From the NCBI GenBank assembly GCA_013265495.1, contig MU057555.1, positions 48,816-68,815 of the forward strand: a DNA stretch of 20,000 bases, read 5' to 3'. The position numbers were made by a program, and so were the translations under genes. This stretch comes from Vicugna vicugna (taxonomy: Eukaryota). Below the pieces are notes generated by a model. The model had not been told where the DNA came from. It searched no databases and worked only from the letters and a program-made list of their open reading frames with translations. How positions within the stretch are numbered: position 1 is the stretch's first letter; each line of letters begins with the position of its first letter. Shown one piece after another: positions 1 to 10,428 of this stretch.

Positions 1-454
1 TGACACTGGGTGCCTCTCCCAGGGTTTTCTCATGGCCAGCCAGGACCTGGGCCAGCACTGCCCAGATGCTTCCCTGGGGGAACCTCGGGAGATGCAGAGA
101 GAAGGGGATGACAAGGGCCCGAAGACTCCCCAGCTAGGGCCTCAGTTAAATGTTTCCTCAAGGACTCCTGTGCCTTGAGGGCTGTGTCCACTGCTGGATC
201 CTGGAGCATGGGCCCCCAGGTCCCTCTGCCCAGAAGTGATTCCTGAGGAGCCCTCCCCTCCCCAGTTCCCACTCTCTCCTTTCTTGGCTGTCTGCTGTTA
301 AGCCTCCCTGTTTCTGCTTCTGGCAGTCCTGCCATGCATGGGCCCCCAACATCCTCCTGCAGCACCCCTAGTTCCCTTGCTTTCTCCTCTTTTAGTCCGT
401 ACTCACCCCCTCCCCCAACCAACCCTGTGTTGTTTCCCTGTGCAGGGACAAATC

Positions 455-660
455 GCCAATTAAGCAGCCCAGCTGCAGGACTGGGAACAGCTGGGGAGGC
501 GCTATGCGGCCGTGGGGACAGCTGTGCACAGCTGGTGGGGGCACTCCCCCGCCCCCCATCGTGCCAGCTATCAGGTGGCACACAGCTGCCGCCAGATAAC
601 ACCTCTGCTGGCGGCTGGGAGTTCGCCCTTCCCCCCACCCCTTCCCTCTGTGGTTAAGAC
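455..660. promoter_or_regulatory. Intronic enhancer-like cluster of E-box, GATA and RUNX motifs
   Basis: CAGCTG at 470, 488, 519, 529 and 583; CAGGTG at 572; CTATCA at 568; AGATAA at 594; TGTGGTT at 649; CAATTA at 457. Confidence 0.6.
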
Positions 661-1624
661 AGCTCTTATTTCTCTGTTCTGCAGCCGCCCCCCACCCCCA
701 CCACTCCATCCAAACTGATTCAGTTTATGTCCCAAAGATGACAGTTCTGGAAACCTGCCTTGACTCTACCTTACTCCTCCCAGCCTGGGCACAGCCTTAG
801 GACAGGAGACAGGAGGGACCTAGCCTGGGGGCCCTGCTTTGTCATAGCATCCTTTGGATGTCATGCCCACTGGGCAGAGATGACCTTGGTTGTCAGCATA
901 TCAGGCCTCTAGAAGCAGAATTCAAATGGGGTGTTCTCTGTGTCCCTTCCTCCTGCTGAATACGACCCCATCTCTGGTACCTGGAGCAAGCAAAGCCCAG
1001 GAACTACCCATCCTATGACAGTCCAGCATCTGGGTGCCCTGGCTGAGGGAGTTCTTTCCTGTCTAGCTGTGTCCCCAGCACCCACCCAGGCCCTCCAGCC
1101 TCCTCCCTGCTCCCTTGTCAGATGTTGTTATCTCCACTGTGGTCCCTCCCAAGGGCTCGTGGTTATCCCCTGGCTTCTTCCCATCATAGCCACCTATAGC
1201 CCAGGGCCCCATGGAGCAGACCCCAGCCTGTCCCTCCTCAGAGGCCTCCTCATTCTGCAGCTGGCTCCCCGGGGCTCCTCCCAGACACCTTCCCTCCCTG
1301 TGACCTTGCATTCCCCCCTTTCATTCTATGCCCCTTGAGCTCGTTATCTGCTTGTCAGGTGGGCAATATGGGCCCCCTTGCTCACTCCTGGCCCAGTGCA
1401 CTGAAGGGCCTTATTTTCCTCCCCTGTCAGAAGCAACCGAGGCCCGGATGGTCTGCACACAGGGCCTGAGAAACAGAGCCATAATCAGGCTAAGGAGGCA
1501 GAAGGGAGTCTGGTGGGGAAAGGGGCCGCCGGGAGGGGGCCCGAGGAGAGCAGGAGTGAGCTGCTGGCTTCCCACCTTCCCCTGCACCCTCCCTAGCCCA
1601 GCTAAACCTGCCCTGTGTTGCTGA

Positions 1625-1810
<186 letters not shown>

Positions 1811-2009
1811 TGAGGGGCAGCTGGCCAGGCGAAGGGGCCAGGACCGCCCCTGAGTGACAGCCCCAAGCTCTCTGAAAGGGCCGTGGTATGGCAGTGGGTG
1901 GGCATGGGAACAGGCCCTCCCTCTGCAGCCGCACTTCCTCCAGAACCAGGCCAGCCCTTGGGCCTCCTCACCTTGTTCCCCAGCACTCTCCCACTTGCTT
2001 CTTACACCC

Positions 2010-2146
2010 TGTGTGCACGGGTGCCGATGTGTGCGTGCTTGTGTGCTGTGTGCGCACGTGAGCATGTGTTTGCTTATGTGTATGCGCAGGTGCTGTGTGC
2101 ACGCATCAATGCATGTGTGCCGGTGTGTGTGCGTGCATGTGCGGCA
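2010..2146 (+). repeat. Degenerate (TG/CG/CA)n alternating purine-pyrimidine simple repeat
   Basis: tgtgtgcacgggtgccgatgtgtgcgtgcttgtgtgctgtgtgcgcacgtgagcatgtgt...gtgtgtgtgcgtgcatgtgcg. Confidence 0.85.
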
Positions 2147-3222
2147 CAGGCCCGTCCTGAGGCCTCCTCCCACTTACCCCCGACAGCAGAGGCCTCGGGC
2201 CCGTTCCTGCCCAGCTCTCCTTTCCTCCCACCAGCTGTGGGTGGGAAAGCACAGGCTTCTTCCCTCTGCCCTCCTTTCAGCTCTTCTCTCTCAGCTCCTG
2301 ACAGCCCAGGCTCTGTTTTGCAGCACCAGCCCAGGTTGGTGTGGGGCACAGATTGAGAAGAGTATTTGTAGGGGCCCAGGCTCCCTTCTTGAGGCCTCCC
2401 TTCCAGACAGGAAGAGCTAGGCCAAAGGGAAGGTGGCACCTGGGCTGCTCTCCAGGGAAAGGAACCACCCCACAGCCCCGGGGGCTCTCTGGCTTCAGTC
2501 TCACAGAGAGAGTGCTTGAGAGGAGGACACCTCCACGTTCAAGAGGGGATGGAATCAAGCAAGAAGCTGTGGCAGCTGAGCCCTCTGCCGGCTGCTCCCT
2601 CACTTGCTTCTTCCCTCTCCTGGCACCCATCTGGCAGAAAGAGGCCTGGACTTTTCCTGAACACTTCCCTGTGTCCACCCGCCATCTCCTGGGCCCTGCT
2701 ATAGGACATGGAGAACAGTGAGGTTTACCCTCCCGGCTTCTTCCTCAGGGCCTCCTGGCTGGGAGCCCAGAGGCAGCCAGCAGCGGGGCAGGGCGTGGTG
2801 GCCACAAGGTGGGGGCGGGGAGCCCAGGCCCTCTGTGCAGGCAGCGGGAGGGCAGCAGGCCCTGCTCGACTCAGCTTTTATGAACTCCAGAGAGAAGCCA
2901 AGTTTCTACAGCCCCCCTAATGAAACTGAGAGCAAGAGCGAGCTGATTGGAAACAGACAGGATGGGGAGGACTTGGCCAGGGAAGAGCTGGGGCCTACTC
3001 TGGGGTGGGAGTTGTACGTTCGAGGATGCGTGTACTAGGACGATGCGGCTGACCACTTAAGAATGTGGCCTGAGCAGCAGCCGCCAGGTGCACACCCACT
3101 CAGGCAGGAGATGTGTTTACGCGCACTGCGGGGGCCCACCCTGCATGGGCGCAGGGCCGTGTGTTTATCCAGAGCCCCACGGAACTGTCTGCCTCCTCTC
3201 ATCCCTCATCCAGGCTCCCACC

Positions 3223-3588
3223 CAGGCTGGGCCCAGGGTGAAGTGAATGAGGCAAAATGTAAAGGAGCGCGGGGTGGTGGGGAAGGGTATAGCGTGTGCT
3301 TAGCACGCATGAGATCCTGGGTTCAATCCCCAGTACCTCCATTAAAACAAACAAACAAACAAACCTAATTACCTCCCCACAAAATAAAAAAAAATTTTTT
3401 TAATGTGAAGAGGCACCAAAAACCTCAGTCATCAAGATAAAAAATATTTTAATGCAATATTTCTAAAAATTAAAACTACTGCAAAAAAAAAAATACGATG
3501 AGCAAGTATCAGTATTTTAAGCAAAAGCCAGGACAGACCTTGTGCTTGCAAGACCCTGCCTTGTTACCTCACCCTAATTCTGGCCCTG
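3223..3588 (+). mobile_element. MER96B-like hAT MITE, interrupted by the SINE
   Basis: Starts caggctgggcccagggtgaagtg and ends ctcaccctaattctggccctg (terminal inverted repeats). Core caccaaaaacctcagtcatcaagataaaaaatattttaatgcaatattt resembles the recalled MER96B consensus. Confidence 0.65.
3279..3394 (+). mobile_element. tRNA-derived SINE, Vic-1-like (camelid)
   Basis: ggggaagggtatagc...gcttagcacgcatgagatcctgggttcaatccccagtacctcca, with a B box at about 3320-3330, then (aaac)n, cctaattacctcccc and an A tail. Imperfect flanking duplication aatgtaaaggagc / aatgtgaagaggc. Confidence 0.75.
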
Positions 3589-3589
3589 G

Positions 3590-3774
3590 TTCCGATCAAA
3601 CTTTATTTTCAAAGATAAGCAGCTGGTCTGTGGGCCCTAGTTTGCCAATTTGACTTTTTAAAATATTGCATTAAAATTTTACTTACCTTGATTTTACCGA
3701 GTTTTTTGGGGCACCATTTTAACTTTCCTTCTAGAGGCCAGTGCCTCACTCTCCTCACCCAGGCCCCTGCCCTG
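3590..3774 (-). mobile_element. Second, inverted MER96B-like fragment
   Basis: Reverse complement reads cagggcaggggcctgggtgaggagagtgaggcactggcctc...ggtgccccaaaaaactcggtaaaatcaaggtaagtaaaattttaatgcaatattttaaaaag. Confidence 0.6.
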
Positions 3775-3862
3775 CTGCCCCGTTCTCTGGATCCTGAGCT
3801 CCCTGACCAGCAGTTCTCCTTGTCTTCAGGGGTCCCCCCCGCCACCTCCCACTGCCTCCTAG

Positions 3863-4180
<318 letters not shown>

Positions 4181-4435
4181 TGAGGCTGGAGCAGCGGAGA
4201 GCCAGTAGTGCCGAGCACCTCGATCTTCTGGGTCTGGGAGTAGGGGTCTATGTATTGGGCACAGGCCTGTCTATCATGGTCCAGACAGGTGGGGGCAGTA
4301 GGCCCCTTGCCCTCCTTGCGTTCTCTTGCCCTAGCAAGACTGTGCCCATGATCTGTCCAACGTGGGCCTGGGCCCCTTAGCTTCTAATACCCTCTCTTAA
4401 ACCTCAGGGCTGCAAGGATTTGGTAGGTTCCAGAC

Positions 4436-4648
4436 CAAGGTTTCCCAGCCTTGGCACTACTGACATTTGGGGCTGTTCATTCTCTGCTGTGTGGGGATAT
4501 CTTGTGCGCTGTGAGGTGTTGAGCAGCATTCCTGGCTCCCACCCACTCAATGCCAACATCACCTCCCCTCACTAGTGGTGTTGATCATGAGTGTCTCCAG
4601 ATTTCAGTGTGCCCAGGGGGCATGACCATCCCTGGTGAGAAGTCCTCG
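4436..4648 (-). mobile_element. MER20 (hAT-Charlie MITE)
   Basis: caaggtttcccagccttggcactactgacatttggggc...gagcagcattcctggc...tgtctccagat...cccagggggca matches the reverse complement of the recalled MER20 consensus. Confidence 0.8.
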
Positions 4649-6105
4649 GTAGAGGGAAGGCCTCGTGCTACAGGGGCTGTCATGGGGACGCCTGTTGGCA
4701 GGACTCTTAACAAGGGGTTCTCAAGTCAGTCACAGTTCTGGGGTGAAGGCTTTCTGCTCCTCAGTCTGAGAGCAAGACTGGCTCCGCATGGATCTCGGTG
4801 GCCCCACTGCCCTTCTCTATCAGCGAGCCCTAGGTTCCGATCACTGATGAGCAGAAACACAGGGCCATTCAGCAAAGGAATTATCCCAGACGGTGGTGGG
4901 CCAGAGGTGACCCTTCAGTGGGACAGTGGTCCTTATTTAGTCCCTGGGAAACCATTCCAGGTTGGGCCACGGTGGTCTCTAGACCCCTGGGAATGTTCTG
5001 GAACCCCCGCAGCATGCTGTGCTATGAGAAGGCACAGCTCCTTCCCCCAGGCCAGTCCAGCCTGGAACTCCGCTGTGAGAGATCAGGTAGGGAGGACACT
5101 CAAAGTGCAGTGTTAGGGAAAGGCATTTGGAAGCCCACACCAGAAGCAGCCCAGGGAGAGGGGTGGGCGGCCCTTGGCTATCTGGCCCAGTGCTGCCTCA
5201 GGCACGCTGCGCGGTGCTGGTGCATTGATCTGGGGCAGGGCCATGGCTGGGCCTCCTTGCTCTTGCTGTCCAGGACGGAAGCCAGTCCTCTTCCCTCCCT
5301 TCTGCTCTTCCTCCTTCTTCCACTTTTCTCATCTCCTTTCCCCCTTTGCCCTGCGAGGGTTTTTCTTGTTGGCTCTGCAGCTCCTCAGCACACTCAGAGC
5401 TTTGCCTGCCTCTCTGGACAAGCTCTGTCCACTCTTAGGGGTGTGGAAGGAAAAGTGGACCTGACTTGCAACAGCTACTGCACCTCCTTCAGAGATGCCG
5501 GCAGAGTCTACAGGAGCTGCCAGATCCCAAGGGGCCTGGGGTCTGGAATATGGATCAGAGAGACCAGGAACCCCACTGTGCCTGCTTCTCACCTACAGAG
5601 GCAGCTGGTGTTTGGAATCAAAATGAGACCAACCTGGAGGACTGATTTAGCCCAAAGAACCAAAGCTAACCCATGGACCGTTGGGAGTGTGGGTCCGTCC
5701 ATCCCTGGACATCCTGTTACCCAGGTCCTTAGCCTCTCCCTTTACTTGATCATTCAAGATCAAGGGCTCACTTGGCCTAGAAGGTCATTTTCTCAAGGCA
5801 GGTCCTTGCTCTGAGTAGAGCACAGACAAAATGCTACCGACAGGGGAGCAAATGCCACTCTGGTTAAACAGAGAGTCTAGTCCGGCTGGAGCTCTCTGGT
5901 TTCCTCTTGTGCCCAAGAGCTGGGGGCGGGTGAACTTCTGCAGTGAGCCTGCTCCGTGGGGCCTAGCTTCTGAGAGGAGGGTAGAGAGGGCACCTCTCTA
6001 GCTGTGGGGGAGTAGAGAGCTAGTGGGCCTGGGCTCTGCAGCAGACCTGGTGGCAGGGGATGGGAGTCCTGGGCTGTGCTTGCTCCATGGCCACCTCCAC
6101 AGTGG

Positions 6106-6281
6106 CAGTTCTCAGTCAGCATCTATGAGAGTCACTTGGAAGCCTCACTAACATGCAGGTGACTGGGCTTCACCTGATTCTGATTCAGCAGGTCTGATGT
6201 GGGACTGAGAATCTGCATTTCTCCCCAAGATCCCAGGTGATGCCGCTGCTTCTGGTTAGGGGACCCCCTTTGAGAACCACT
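6106..6281 (-). mobile_element. MER5A-like (hAT-Charlie MITE)
   Basis: gattctgattcagcaggtctgatgtgggactgagaatctgcatttct...cccaggtgatgccgctgcttctgg...tttgagaaccact. Confidence 0.8.
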
Positions 6282-6294
6282 AATCTAGGGACTA

Positions 6295-6430
6295 GAGGGG
6301 TAAATTCCTAACTTCCTTGAGAATCTGAAGTTATGGAACATCTTTGCAGAAAAAATATATGAATACAAAATTTTACAGACAATTTGAAGAATGGTTCCCA
6401 GGTACCTCTATGGCTTGTCCTTAGTCCCCA
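6295..6430. mobile_element. Degenerate hAT-Charlie MITE (Charlie4z-like)
   Basis: ccttgagaatctgaagttatgga...cagaaaaaatatatgaatacaaaattttacagacaatttg. Family name is tentative. Confidence 0.5.
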
Positions 6431-8029
6431 GTGTAAGGCCTTGATTGAGAAAACCAAATCAGTAAAGGCCAAGGCCAAGTGGAGACACCACTCAGAGGAG
6501 ATGCAAAGGGCAGAAAGAGGATGCCTGGTTAGCTGTATTTCTGGCATGGAGGAGAAACCACCAAGCAAGTACGATGGAGAAGTTGCAGGGCCCAATAGGA
6601 GAGTATGACTGTGTGAGAGAGAAAGCCGGGTTCTAGCTAAGCCTCGACCACCAATGCCAGAATGGCCAGGCCCGCATCTTCACCTGTCAGATGAAGGTGA
6701 GGAGCTATCCCAGCCTCTAAGTTCCTTCCAGCCTTTAATTCACAAGTCCTTAAGGCACCTCAAAATCACAAGACTTTGAGATTTTTAAAACCTCAACTTG
6801 TACCCCAACCAGAGCTGAGACATCCTTGTCAGGTTGCAAGTTGCTTCTAGCAACTGAATGTTGTAAATCAGCCGGTTTTACTGTCTGGCAGTATTGGATG
6901 GGGATTTGCTTTATCAGGCGGGATTAGCAATGTAGATCCTCCTCAGGGGAGACAGGCTGTGAGGACTAGAAGGAAGCAGAGGCCACCCTGTGGGAGCAAG
7001 GGCTGCCTGGAAAGCCCACATGTCCCAGCCACCTGGAGCTCAAGCTCAGGATGGCCGGGGGAGAAGGAGTGAGGCTGTGATCTGTTGGGATTGTTCCATT
7101 TCCTGCCCTGATGGAAGAACGACATAGGAGCCAGATAAGTCGTGGAAAGGAGGGAAGGCAGCTGCCACTTGTGTGTCAGCATTACCCTGCAGGGCTGGAA
7201 ACCCTTGCCCTCTGGCCTGCTTTGTTGCTTGGAACCGAAGAGTCCATTTCCAAAATGACACCTGGCACGGTTTTTAGCCCAGGACACAGACAAGGACTAG
7301 CAGCAGCCACTGCTTGCTTTTGTCAGGGGCCTCTGAGTGGGCAGGAAAGATCAAGTCAAGGGAACCATTTGGTGGGACAATGTCAGATCTAGGTCACTAG
7401 AGGTGAAGGGTGGTAGGCAGTACAGGAGGTCAGAAGGGCATGGCCTGCACAGCTTAGTCACGAGGCTCTGGTTTTCAAGTACAGCAGGATGGACTAGTCA
7501 GTGCAGCTCAGTCAGTGGGACTGAGCTGCACGCTTGAGCCACACATAGGTGACGCTCTGCCTGCTTGTTGGGGAGCCTGCTTCAGAGGCTCCAGCGGAGG
7601 TCAAGAGTGTCTTGGAAGAATAAGACAGAGAGAGCTGGGTGGTGGTTCAGGGAGTCTGGCTGGTCCCCATGCTGAGGACAGTGTTTTCTGAGCAGGCCTT
7701 GAAGGGTGTAGGAAAGGGGTCTTTGGACAGAGGGTTCTACAGTCAGCAGGTGTGCAGCCCCGACTACTTAGGCCGCAATGGGAAGTACTTAGAGGAAGGG
7801 AGTGTAGGAGCAAGAATGGTGGAAGACCCCATCGGGGCTCTACCACCGAGTCCTTGAATGCCCAACTTGGGGGCTAATGTTTTATGTCAGGTGTAGTCGT
7901 CACTGTGGTGGGTTCTGGGGTCCGTGAGAAGTCTGAGCTCCTTTAGATTTTGGAAGAGGGTTGATGTGCCTGCTGGAAAGAATCCACAGGATCCCTGCAG
8001 TCAGACAGACATGGCTGTGAATTTCAGGC

Positions 8030-8420
8030 CTTGCTAGTCCAGCTGGGTGACTTTGGATAAACCACTTAAATATGAAGAGCCCCAGTTTCCACTGAAAGGG
8101 GGAGAGTAGAGCTACCCTTGCAGCAAGGTTTCTCAGCCTCGGTGCTGTTAACGTTCAGACTGATGAGCCTTTGTCCTGGGGGCTGTCCTGAGTGTTGTAG
8201 GGTGTTGAGCAGTGTCCTCAGCCTCCACCTGCTAGTTGCCAATAGCAGCCCCCAAGTTGTGCTAACCAAAATGTCTCCAGACATTGCCAATACCCCCTGG
8301 GGGGCAGGACTCTCCCTAAACAAGGACTGCTGCCTTACAGGGTGGTTGGGGGATTGGACACAACCTGAGTGAAGTGCCTCAGGCAGAGCCAGGTGCCAAG
8401 GGCACTGAGCTGATGAGCAT
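8030..8420 (+). mobile_element. MIR SINE split by a MER20 insertion
   Basis: agctgggtgactttggataaaccacttaa...ccagtttcc before the MER20; cagggtggttgggggatt...gaagtgcctcaggcagagccaggtgc after it. Confidence 0.55.
8124..8332 (-). mobile_element. MER20 (hAT-Charlie MITE) with 8-bp target-site duplication
   Basis: caaggtttctcagcctcggtgct...ccaaaatgtctccagacattgccaataccccctggggggcag, flanked by ccttgcag (8116-8123) and ccttacag (8333-8340). Confidence 0.85.
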
Positions 8421-9546
8421 ACAGTCAGCATGGGAGAGACCCCTTGGGGGTCATTGTCAGTCCAGGAGAAATCAGAAAGGATAGAAGCATGGCCTGGCTG
8501 AAAACATCCAGGGTTGGGCCTTGCAGGGTTTGCTCACCAACAGAAGGGGGAGTACAGGAACCTTCTGAGGTCTTGAACCTGGGTGGCTGAGAGTGCAAAG
8601 GTTTGACCCACAGGAGAAGGGTCAGTTGAGGATGGAGAGCTCTGGCCTGGCCTCCTTGAGCCTGGGCTGCAGGTGGTCATCACGCACACTGTCCAGAGCA
8701 GCAGGACGTATGTGCCCAGAGCTGCAGGTAAGCTGTGTCTGCAAGAGGCCTGGGACCTCTTCCCATCCTTGTGGCGTCTATGTCCCCTGAAGCCCAAAGG
8801 CTGATGGACATAAAGCCACATATGGGGTCTGGAGGAGGAAACTTAAGTATAAGGCAGAAGAGGGAATAAAGGACAATTAGTGAATCTGGTGACCCAGCAT
8901 CCCTACCTTCTGAGAGATGTCCACTCAGAGAACCTTGCGGGAACCAGAGCTGTCAGCAGTGGGTTTTCCTCTCAGGCTGTTCTGTAGCAAATAGACCAGG
9001 ACCCCATTGTCCTCAGGCTACCAGAGCCTGGTGTGAGCTCCCTGGCATCCGCCCGAGGCCATGACGCTGGTGGGCCTATGGGTCCTGGTTTGGGTCAGCT
9101 GGCCCTCCCCCAAGGGCCCACAGAGAGGAGGCATGTGTGTGTTCAGGGGGAAACAGGGGGCAAGCTGGTGCATCTTTCCTGCTGTAGAAGTTCTTCAAGA
9201 GCATGAGATTCTGAGGGCAGCTGCTTATATGGCTAGGTGGCACGTTTTGGTACCTAAAACCTGTTCCCTAAGCAATAACAAACCACCCGTCGGATATCCC
9301 CCCTTCCTCCCTCCCACAACGTCAAAAGAGGACTAAAAAAAAAAAAAAAAAAGAGAGAGAAACATCTGAGAGACCAAATAGAGGCCTCATCCCCTCACCA
9401 ACACTGTGCCCTGGAGAAGAGAACCCCATCTTACATCTTCCGCCGGGAGCGCCCGCTCTCAGGAGCGAGCTGGCGTGGCCGCGCAGGGGAGCGTGTGTCT
9501 GTGTGTGATGTGCCTTCATGCGTCACTCTATTTATGTTGTTCGCAG

Positions 9547-9694
9547 CCCAACGGTAGCGGCCAGGGCAAAGTCCCGGGGTCATTTTTGCTACCACCGCCG
9601 CCTCCAGTGGCCAGACCTGTGCCCCTTCCTATGCCTGATTCCAAATCCACCAGCACTGCCCCAGACGGCGCCGCCTTGACTCCTCCATCACCTT
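9547..9694 (+). CDS. NFIX: NFIX alternative coding exon (exon 9 equivalent), 148 nt, phase 0-1, proline-rich activation region
   Basis: Acceptor gttgttcgcag|CCC and donor CTT|gtaagt. Translates [49 protein letters not shown](S). Confidence 0.97.
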
Positions 9695-10316
9695 GTAAGT
9701 GGACGATGAAACCGAAACCACAACGCCCAGCGTCCCCAGCCCATCCAAACAGTCTCCACTGCAAAAAGAAAAGCCCCCTCTTTCACTGTCAAAGTCCCCC
9801 AACCCATTGTGCCACGGAGCCTCCCACTCGGACAAGAACAGAGCTGAGCCCCCCAACCACAGCCTCCCGGGCCTTAGTTGCACCAGCCAGCACCCCATGA
9901 GGCCCCCTGCCTGCCCACTGCTCCCAGCCGGGGCCCCTGGCCCAGGCCCCTCCGGGGGGCGGGAGGGGGAGCACAGTGGGGCGCACAGGCCAGGGGTGCT
10001 GGCCAGGGTGGGAGGGGGGAGGGGAGGCACAGCCATGCCATCTTCATGCCTAATTGCTGTTTTTTTCATTTTTCGTTTTTTTGTTTTTTGATTTTTTTTT
10101 TTTGTTTCGTTTTCCCCTCCCCCCCCCACACCAAGAAAATTAAATGTGACCACAAGGCGACGCCACCACCATCCCCTTTTTGCCTTGCCCCCTTCACCTC
10201 CATTCTGGGGCCCTCAGGCCTCTAAAAGTGCAGCAGGCCAGCCCCTGATCCCCTCCCCTTCAGCCTTCAGTCTCACGTTTGGTTTCTCGTTGTTCCTCTT
10301 TTTTTTTTTTTTTCCC

Positions 10317-10428
10317 NNNNNNNNNNNNNNNNNNNNNNNNNNNNNNNNNNNNNNNNNNNNNNNNNNNNNNNNNNNNNNNNNNNNNNNNNNNNNNNNNNNN
10401 NNNNNNNNNNNNNNNNNNNNNNNNNNNN
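10317..10428. other. Assembly gap (112 N) between poly(T) tracts
   Basis: Run of N. Confidence 0.99.

Noticed and set aside
3279..3341. Apparent tRNA gene
   Set aside because: A box/D arm missing, and followed by a SINE-type body and A tail.
4918..5814. Longest ORF in the track (298 aa, + strand)
   Set aside because: Intronic, starts at GTG, no recognisable domain; long chance ORFs are expected in GC-rich DNA.
7905..8028. Possible second Charlie4z-like remnant
   Set aside because: Too degenerate to support without alignment.
8066..8431. 121-aa minus-strand ORF
   Set aside because: Translation of non-coding MER20/MIR sequence.
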